Source of the DNA: Parcubacteria group bacterium
GTDB lineage: Bacteria; Patescibacteriota; Minisyncoccia; Moranbacterales; UBA2206
Direction of reading: 5' to 3'
Length of the DNA: 60,171 nucleotides
Assembly (NCBI GenBank): GCA_041664225.1
Contig: JBAYLE010000005.1
Location: 1-60,171, forward strand
The position numbers were made by a program, and so were the translations under genes. Below, one piece after another: positions 50,332 through 57,358 of the stretch. Numbering within the stretch: the first letter of the stretch is position 1; each line of letters opens with the position of its first letter. The notes beneath the pieces were generated by a model. The model saw only the letters and a program-made list of their open reading frames with translations, made no database searches and was not told the origin of the DNA.

Positions 50332-51369
50332 ATGGCAGAAAAAAAGAAAGAAATCAGCTTGTTTATTGTCTTGACGCATAATTGCAATTTTCATTGCCGT
50401 TATTGCGAAATATGCAGCCATTTTTGCAAGGTTTGCAAAGGCAACTGCGTGATGACCGGAGAGACGATCAATAAAATCGAGGAATTATTGAAAAGATCGG
50501 AAAATGATTTTAAAAAAATCAACCTGTCTTTTTTTGGAGGCGAACCGTTGTTGCATTTTGACAAAATGAAGAAGTTAGTAGATAGGGTGAGAAAATCAAA
50601 AAATAGTAACAAATATGAAATTTATCTTTATACCAACGGGTATCTGCTGGATAAGAAAAAGATCGAGTATCTTAAAAAAAACAAGGTGCAAGTCAGTTTA
50701 AGTTTCGACGGCAGAGAAAAAACACAGAATTTAAATCGCCCGTTAAGAGAAAATAATGGAGAGACATATAAAACAGTGCTTGAAAACATTAAAACTTTAC
50801 GCTCCAGAAACAAAATTTTTTCCGATGTGAATTTGTACATGACATCATTTCCATCTTTGGCAAAAGATCTTTTTGAAGATTTCAAACACATGCTACGCTT
50901 GGGATTTCGCAGATTTGAATTAGTGCCGGCGGTTTCAGGCAGGGGATCATGGGACTGGAATGAAGAACAATTAAAGGTGTTTGAAAAAGAGCTAGAAAAA
51001 ATAAAAAAATTAGCGGTAAGGCTCCATAAGGCTGGAATAAATTTGATTTTTCAGGAAGTATCTGAAATCAAGAATCCCGAACGCTACTTTGAAAACTTCG
51101 GCCAAAATATTTTCAGCATTGATTCAAATGGCAGTGTTTATTCCTCGCCATATTATTTGGTCCTGACTGAACCGCATCGGGGAAAATACAGAATTGGGCA
51201 TGTAACAACGGCCAAAAATATCAAGGATGATTTTTTGGGTAAAAAAGATCTGCTCAATTCAGGGGATTTATTTAAATTATATTATATCAACAAGGGGAAT
51301 AATCTCAGAAGCATGGTTATCTGCAATAAAAAATTATGCGAAATAAGAAAATTGATAAAATATACCTGA
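50332..51369 (+). CDS. Radical SAM enzyme with an extra Cys cluster directly after the SAM motif
   Basis: CNFHCRYCEICSHFCKVCKGNC, FFGGEPLL. Confidence 0.7.
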   Translation: MAEKKKEISLFIVLTHNCNFHCRYCEICSHFCKVCKGNCVMTGETINKIEELLKRSENDFKKINLSFFGGEPLLHFDKMKKLVDRVRKSKNSNKYEIYLYTNGYLLDKKKIEYLKKNKVQVSLSFDGREKTQNLNRPLRENNGETYKTVLENIKTLRSRNKIFSDVNLYMTSFPSLAKDLFEDFKHMLRLGFRRFELVPAVSGRGSWDWNEEQLKVFEKELEKIKKLAVRLHKAGINLIFQEVSEIKNPERYFENFGQNIFSIDSNGSVYSSPYYLVLTEPHRGKYRIGHVTTAKNIKDDFLGKKDLLNSGDLFKLYYINKGNNLRSMVICNKKLCEIRKLIKYT

Positions 51370-52343
51370 AAAATGTTTGCCGATCGATTTCCGGGCTTTC
51401 CGGCATAAGCCGGCCTGGAAAGTTAGCAATGCAAAAAGCGAAAAAATTTGTTTCGCTTTTATATTTGGCAAATTCGCAAAACAGCAATTTTTTGTCCGAC
51501 GATTTTTACTTTGGTTTTTCGCTAAAAATAAAGAGAGGCAATGGAAAAATAATTCCGTCAATCAGGATACTGAACCACAATTATTATCCCAGGGTGACAA
51601 GCGAGCTGCAAAGGGAAAAAATTTATAAAAAGAGAGGACAGATCATAAAGCACATTTTCAAGGCCCTGAATTTTTCAACCGAAAAAAATCTCACGACCAT
51701 CGATTATTTGCTGGAAAAAACTTACGATAAGAATGTCCTCTTGCCGGTGCAATTCGATGCTAATTTTGAGAAAAATAAGAATGCGCTCAAGGTTTATTTT
51801 TGGTGCGGGATCAAATATTCCACGCGGGAGCATAAGTACGCAGTATTGAAGGAAATTCTAGGGAAAGAAAAAATGGCAGATGACATTCTTTTTCTTCGCA
51901 ACAGAAACATCGAATTATTCAGTTTTGATTTTGGGGAAAAAAAGAAAGGCGCCAAAATTTACGTGCGTTACCGCATGAATTCGAGGGAATTTTACGCGGA
52001 TTTAAAAAAGTTTAATTTTAAAAAAGAAACGATCGCGGATATCAATAAATTCTTCTTTGCTCACAAGGAGTATTTGCAGCCAGATGTCACAATTTGTTAT
52101 AATGTCGCGGGCAGGGCTCTCTCTATGAAAAAAATCGAGCTTTTTTTGGATAAAAAAGTAGAAAGAAAAACCGTAATAGCAAAAAAAGTGGCGGCGGATT
52201 TCACCCGTAAATTCTCAGAAAAATTCATCGCTCCTCTTGAAACGGAAGACTTTTTTGGGGAATCATATGCTTACGCGGTAGGAGAAAATTTTATAGCCGT
52301 CTATTTCCAGAAAATAAAATCAGAAAGAAATAGGTCTGGTTAA
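51336..52343 (+). CDS. Unknown beta-strand-rich protein (speculative ABBA-prenyltransferase-like fold)
   Basis: Recurrent strand-like segments FGFSLKI, ALKVYFWCG, LFSFDFG..GAKIYVRY, DVTICYNV, FIAVYFQ. The start is uncertain: 51336 overlaps the upstream gene by 34 nt, and the next ATG is at 51429. Confidence 0.5.
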   Translation: MRNKKIDKIYLKNVCRSISGLSGISRPGKLAMQKAKKFVSLLYLANSQNSNFLSDDFYFGFSLKIKRGNGKIIPSIRILNHNYYPRVTSELQREKIYKKRGQIIKHIFKALNFSTEKNLTTIDYLLEKTYDKNVLLPVQFDANFEKNKNALKVYFWCGIKYSTREHKYAVLKEILGKEKMADDILFLRNRNIELFSFDFGEKKKGAKIYVRYRMNSREFYADLKKFNFKKETIADINKFFFAHKEYLQPDVTICYNVAGRALSMKKIELFLDKKVERKTVIAKKVAADFTRKFSEKFIAPLETEDFFGESYAYAVGENFIAVYFQKIKSERNRSG

Positions 52344-52363
52344 GCAAATAATCTTTATAAAAA

Positions 52364-53254
52364 ATGAAAAAAGCCGACATTAAAACAGGATTTTTGTGCA
52401 ATAATGATTGTCTTTTTTGCGTGCAGGGCAGTGAGAAGAAAAAATTTGGCAACAAAAAAACCGCGGAAATAAAAAAAATTATGGATGAGGCCAAGCGTGA
52501 TTGTCAGATCGTCGTTTTTACCGGTGGTGAGCCGACTATCCGCCAGGATATTATTGAGTTGGTGGGGTACGCGAAAAAGCTGGGTTTTGCGATGATTCAG
52601 ATCCAGTCCAATGGCAGAATGTTCGCCTACAAAGATTTTTGCAAAAAAATAATCAAGGCAGGAGCCAATGAATTCGCCTTAGCTTTGCATGGCCACATTC
52701 CTGAGTTGCACGATTATCTCACGCAAAGCGAAAGTTTTCTGCAAACGGTAAGAGGAATAAAAAATCTTAAAAAACTCAAACAAACCGTGATTATGAATAC
52801 CGTAATCACCAAATCCAATTATCGCCACTTGCCGGAAATTGCCAAGCTTTTGGTGAGCCTCGATGTTGATCAGTTCCAATTTGCATTTGTCCACGCCATT
52901 GGTTCGGCTGGCAAAAATTTTCAAAGCATCGTTCCGCGGATGACAATGGTTATGCCGTATCTTAAAAAGGCGATAAGTATCGGCAAGCATTTCAATAAGA
53001 GCGCTATGGTCGAGGCCGTGCCTCGTTGTCTTTTAGAAGGCTATGAAGACAATATATCGGAAAATATGATGCCGGAAATGAAGATATATGACCAGGATTT
53101 TATAATTAAAAGTTACACTCAAGCTAGAATTACTAAAGGCAAAGCCAGAGGACCGCGATGCAAAAAATGCAAATATTTCCATGTTTGTGAAGGATCTTGG
53201 AAAGAATATCCGGATCATTTTGGGTGGGATGAATTTGAACCGTTGTTAACATAA
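52364..53254 (+). CDS. Radical SAM enzyme, CNNDCLFC subgroup, C-terminal CxxCxxxxxC
   Basis: FLCNNDCLFCVQG, FTGGEPT, QSNGRMF, RCKKCKYFHVCEG. Confidence 0.7.
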   Translation: MKKADIKTGFLCNNDCLFCVQGSEKKKFGNKKTAEIKKIMDEAKRDCQIVVFTGGEPTIRQDIIELVGYAKKLGFAMIQIQSNGRMFAYKDFCKKIIKAGANEFALALHGHIPELHDYLTQSESFLQTVRGIKNLKKLKQTVIMNTVITKSNYRHLPEIAKLLVSLDVDQFQFAFVHAIGSAGKNFQSIVPRMTMVMPYLKKAISIGKHFNKSAMVEAVPRCLLEGYEDNISENMMPEMKIYDQDFIIKSYTQARITKGKARGPRCKKCKYFHVCEGSWKEYPDHFGWDEFEPLLT

Positions 53255-53260
53255 CTTTTT

Positions 53261-54220
53261 ATGATAAAGGCGGAGAAAATAATAAGTATTTTGCGAAATG
53301 TTCCAAAAAATAAAGACGGTGCTATTTCCAGAAAAAACCTAGACAGACATATCCTAAAAAGAGGAACGGATCTGGAAAAATTACTTGGTTTTTTGGCTAA
53401 AAAAGAATATATTTTTCACGGCTCGAAGAAGCTTTATAAAATTATCAAACCGCAAAAAAGCCATAGAATTTCGGGAGAAACAATATCAGCTATTTACGCT
53501 ACAAAAATACCCTCAATAGCTATTTATTATGCTATGATTAGCCGCAGTACGCATAAGATAGTTCATGGAAAAAAGTTTTACAATAAGCATAAAAATAACA
53601 ATAAGGGGTATATTTATATTTTGAGAAGAAATGACTTTGAAAAAAACAATGATGAGAATTTCCTTTGCCGCAAAAAGGTCGAACCAGAGTTTATTTTTGA
53701 ATGCCGATTTGATGATTTTTATAATAATCTTAAAAAAGAAAAAATTAACTGGAAAAAAGCCGGAGAAATAATTTTGCAAAATTACATCCATTCAAGCGCG
53801 GTTCACAACGTGAAACATGTCTTGAAAACCGTTAGAAATTCTTCTATCATTGCGAAATCGGTATGCCCGGAAAAAATAGATGATGTCAAGATGGGAGCCT
53901 TACTACATGATATTGGGAGAGTGGATGATTTCGACAGGGAATCGACGCATGCACAGAAGGGGGCGGCTATCGCTTATGAAATTCTGGCGAAATATTTCAG
54001 AAATGCACCCCTTGATTTCAAAAAAATTTTATTTGCCGTAAAATACCATTCGCGGGGCAAAATATCCCGAGATCCGGTTATTGGAGCGATTTGGGATGGA
54101 GACAGGCTTGATTTAGAGAGAGTCGGAATGAAAGTTAATCCAAAATATCTTTCCACTAAAAAAGCTAAAGAAATTATGCGTTCTAGGCTTATCGAAAAGC
54201 TTAAAAATATATCTTCTTAA
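53261..54220 (+). CDS. HD-domain phosphohydrolase-like protein with unknown N-terminal domain
   Basis: H ... LLHDIGRVDD ... HAQKGA ... KYHS in the C-terminal half. Confidence 0.6.
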   Translation: MIKAEKIISILRNVPKNKDGAISRKNLDRHILKRGTDLEKLLGFLAKKEYIFHGSKKLYKIIKPQKSHRISGETISAIYATKIPSIAIYYAMISRSTHKIVHGKKFYNKHKNNNKGYIYILRRNDFEKNNDENFLCRKKVEPEFIFECRFDDFYNNLKKEKINWKKAGEIILQNYIHSSAVHNVKHVLKTVRNSSIIAKSVCPEKIDDVKMGALLHDIGRVDDFDRESTHAQKGAAIAYEILAKYFRNAPLDFKKILFAVKYHSRGKISRDPVIGAIWDGDRLDLERVGMKVNPKYLSTKKAKEIMRSRLIEKLKNISS

Positions 54221-54228
54221 CAACCGTC

Positions 54229-55362
54229 ATGCTAAAAAACAATTTAAAACTAAGAGAAAAAGCCGCGGAAGAAAAAAGGCAGTGGGTGAGAATCACCAGA
54301 GCGTGCAACAATGATTGCCTTTTTTGTTTGGATCAAGAAGCCCATAACGGGAAACTTGTTCCGATAACAGAAGTGGTGAGAGTTTTGAAGCAGGGGGGAA
54401 AGGAAGGAGCGGCCAGAGCTATCATTTCCGGCGGAGAGCCGACTCTTCATCCGCAAGTTTTTGAAATAATTAGAAAAGCAAGGCAATTGGGCTACAAGCA
54501 TGTTCAGATGATCAGCAATGGCCGGATGCTGGCTTATGAAAATTTTGTCCAAAAGCTCAAAGAGGCTGGTTTAGATGAGGTTACCCTCTCCTTGCATAGC
54601 CATAAAAAAAATGATTTTGAAAAAATGTCAGGCGTGAAAGGAAGCTACTTACAGGCGATGCGGGGGCTCAAGAACGCTTTGGACAATAATTTCATTGTGA
54701 GCGTGGACATCGTGATCAATAAGATAAATTACAAGACACTCAAAGAAACAATGATTTTTTTTGAAAAAATGGGAGTATCTGAATTCGATCTTTTGCACCT
54801 AGTTCCATTTGGAAGTGCCTGGAAAAACAAGGATCAGTTGTTCTTTTCTTCAGCAGAGGCAAAAAAATATTTGCACCGGGCTTTTCAATTAGGGAAAAGA
54901 AAAAATTTATTCATCTGGACCAATCGTTTGCCGGCAGCATATTTGGAGGGCTTTGAAGAATTGATCCAGCATCCTATCAAAATGTCCGGTGAGATCAAGG
55001 GGATGGAAAGAAACTTTTTAGAATTTGTGAAAAGCGGCAAAAAAATGCCATGTTTTGGCGAAAGATGCGAATTTTGCTTTCTCCATGATTTTTGCGCTGA
55101 TCTTTCCGAGTTACGGGACAAAAAATTTTTGGAAGCCAAGCTGGCGCCTCCGTGTTTTGTGCAAAAAAAGGCTCCAAAAAAAGTGTTTAAATTCACGAAA
55201 AATTTTGATATCTATGAATTTTTGAAATTTTTTATTGACCATCGTTATTTTATTAAGAGTACTGGTTGCAGTAATTGCAAATACGACCAGCTTTGCCAGG
55301 GCGCCCAAATCAACGAGATCAGGAGCAAGGGATTCAAAATTTTAAAATCCATTAAAAAATAG
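54229..55362 (+). CDS. Radical SAM enzyme, CNNDCLFC subgroup
   Basis: RACNNDCLFCLD, ISGGEPT, ISNGRML, SLHSH, C-terminal CSNCKYDQLCQG. Confidence 0.7.
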   Translation: MLKNNLKLREKAAEEKRQWVRITRACNNDCLFCLDQEAHNGKLVPITEVVRVLKQGGKEGAARAIISGGEPTLHPQVFEIIRKARQLGYKHVQMISNGRMLAYENFVQKLKEAGLDEVTLSLHSHKKNDFEKMSGVKGSYLQAMRGLKNALDNNFIVSVDIVINKINYKTLKETMIFFEKMGVSEFDLLHLVPFGSAWKNKDQLFFSSAEAKKYLHRAFQLGKRKNLFIWTNRLPAAYLEGFEELIQHPIKMSGEIKGMERNFLEFVKSGKKMPCFGERCEFCFLHDFCADLSELRDKKFLEAKLAPPCFVQKKAPKKVFKFTKNFDIYEFLKFFIDHRYFIKSTGCSNCKYDQLCQGAQINEIRSKGFKILKSIKK

Positions 55363-55371
55363 TTACTGTTT

Positions 55372-56307
55372 ATGGCAAATATTGGATATATTCAAATCAC
55401 GCGCGAATGCAACCAGAAATGCATCATATGTTCCAATCCGCCGACGGACCAGTTTCTTGAATTTGCTCAAGCTAAAAAAGAAATAGACGGTCTAAAAGCG
55501 AAGGGATGCAGCGGAGTTATTTTTACCGGCGGGGAACCGACTCTTTACGCAAAACTTCCAGAACTTATCAAATATGCTTCGCGCGCCGGATTATTTCCCA
55601 GAATCATCACCAATGGCCAAAAGATTGCCAAGATTGCTTATTTGAAAGAACTCAAAAAAGCCGGGCTCAAGCATTTGCATCTTTCGGTTTATTCTGGCGA
55701 GGAAGGAATCCAAAGCCGGCTTTCCGGCAATAAAAATTCGCTGAAAAACATAAAGAAAGCTCTGGATAATTTGAAAAAAATCGGGGGGATCAGTGTGGAT
55801 GTCAATACAGCCATCAGCCGATACAATGCCGGGCACCTTTCAAAAACAGCAAGCTGGCTAATTGAGAGGTATCCCTTTATCAGCCATTTTGTTTTTAACA
55901 ATCTGGATCCTTTCATGAACCGGGTATCAGAGAATCCGGAAGTCGTGCCCAAGCTAGCTGACTTTGAGCTAGAACTGCATAAAACTTTAAAAATGCTGGA
56001 GCAAAACAAAAAGACATTCCGAGTCGAACGCGTGCCCCTGTGCTATCTGCCGGAATTTGAGCATATTGCCACGGAAACCAGAAAAATTATCAAAAGCGAA
56101 AGCCGTATGATTTTCTTTTTGGACCGGCGGGGTAAATTTGAGCAGACTGGTTTTCGTGAATACAAAAAATTTCCGCCCTGTCAGGCTTGTTCGCTTAAAA
56201 AAATTTGCGCCGGTCTTTATGCCAAGGGCGGGTATTATAGCGAAAAAGAACTTTTTCCGGTCTTTGTTGATCCTCAAAATATAATCGATAAAATCTCCAA
56301 AGGCTGA
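55372..56307 (+). CDS. Radical SAM enzyme, related subgroup
   Basis: RECNQKCIICSN, FTGGEPT, ITNGQK, C-terminal CQACSLKKICAG. Confidence 0.7.
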   Translation: MANIGYIQITRECNQKCIICSNPPTDQFLEFAQAKKEIDGLKAKGCSGVIFTGGEPTLYAKLPELIKYASRAGLFPRIITNGQKIAKIAYLKELKKAGLKHLHLSVYSGEEGIQSRLSGNKNSLKNIKKALDNLKKIGGISVDVNTAISRYNAGHLSKTASWLIERYPFISHFVFNNLDPFMNRVSENPEVVPKLADFELELHKTLKMLEQNKKTFRVERVPLCYLPEFEHIATETRKIIKSESRMIFFLDRRGKFEQTGFREYKKFPPCQACSLKKICAGLYAKGGYYSEKELFPVFVDPQNIIDKISKG

Positions 56308-56336
56308 CACTGGCAACTCAACAGTAATAAAAAAAT

Positions 56337-57263
56337 ATGGCGCTCAATTACATTCCATTGGCAATAATATTTTTCATCAGTTTTTTTGTATTAAAAGAAG
56401 ATTGGCAATATAAAAAAATCAGAAACAAATGGATAATGCTAGGTTTTTCGGCCGGAGCCGTATATCTTGTCATTTCTTATTTATTTGGAATAGTCAGCAT
56501 TGAGTATTTGGGAAAAATTGTTGCCAACACCGCCATTTCATTTTTAGTTGGTTTTCTTATTTGGCAATTCGGCTTCTGGCCTTCGGGAGACGCTAAGTTT
56601 TTTACGCTTATCGCTTTCTTGTTGCCGCTGGATCTTTACGCCCAGGCATATCTTTTTTATTTTCCTTCCTTTTGGTTGCTCTTCTATTCCTTTGCGGCGT
56701 TCTTGGTCTTCATCTTTTTTAAAGCGCTGATATTTTTTGTAAAATATTTATTTTCCCATCGGGGCAAGAGCGGCCGGACAAATGAATTGATAGCTGAGGT
56801 CATCAATTCCAAAAAATTATTAAATTTAAATTTTTGGGTAAAAATCGGCAAGCGGCTTGCGATTGGGCTGTTAATTTACTTTATCGCAGTCAAATTTTTT
56901 TTGAAAACCGACTTCAATTTTTGGAGGTTTATTATTTCGCTGGTTGTCTTCGCGGTCGTTCTGGCTCTCCTGGATTTTTATGTGGATCATAATTCCAGAT
57001 ATAAAATAAAAACGCTTGAGCTGAAAAAAGGCATGAATATATCCAAAGAAACTTTAGCTGAGATCAAGAAAGACAATAACTTTCCTGAATTAGCGGGGAA
57101 AATTTTTCCGGAAGGACTGACTGAAAAACAGGCGTCAGCAATTAAAAATTACTTGGCAGGCAGAGATATTCAAGAAATTTATATTTTCAAGACTATTCCT
57201 TTTGCCTGGTGGATAGTCTTGGGAGCCTTTTGGGTGGCGGTCTCATCCCAAAGATTATTCTGA
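56337..57263 (+). CDS. Polytopic membrane protein, A24 (prepilin/preflagellin peptidase)-like aspartic peptidase with inserted soluble domain
   Basis: Two Asp contexts as in the A24 family: LKEDWQYKKIRNKW and FWPSGDAKFFTLIA (GxGD-like). C-terminal IPFAWWIVLGA resembles the PilD-type ending. Confidence 0.55.
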   Translation: MALNYIPLAIIFFISFFVLKEDWQYKKIRNKWIMLGFSAGAVYLVISYLFGIVSIEYLGKIVANTAISFLVGFLIWQFGFWPSGDAKFFTLIAFLLPLDLYAQAYLFYFPSFWLLFYSFAAFLVFIFFKALIFFVKYLFSHRGKSGRTNELIAEVINSKKLLNLNFWVKIGKRLAIGLLIYFIAVKFFLKTDFNFWRFIISLVVFAVVLALLDFYVDHNSRYKIKTLELKKGMNISKETLAEIKKDNNFPELAGKIFPEGLTEKQASAIKNYLAGRDIQEIYIFKTIPFAWWIVLGAFWVAVSSQRLF

Positions 57264-57284
57264 GCACCTGTGGATAACGTGACT

Positions 57285-57314
57285 TTGGCAATTTGTATTG
57301 TTTTGTGGTATAAT
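57285..57314 (+). promoter_or_regulatory. Promoter TTGGCA-N18-(TG)G-TATAAT for the 916-aa gene
   Basis: Same extended -10 TGGTATAAT as at 48187-48195. SD-less AT-rich leader. Confidence 0.5.
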
Positions 57315-57358
57315 CAAAATGTTTGAAACTGCCCAAAACAATTTAAGTAAAACAAAAA

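Noticed and set aside
44974-57263. The rSAM cluster as a genomic island integrated at the tmRNA gene
   Set aside because: Islands insert at the ssrA 3' end, which here faces infC. The cluster lies beyond smpB on the 5' side. No integrase, direct repeat of the ssrA 3' end or other mobility gene is visible. The compositional difference is noted but unquantified.
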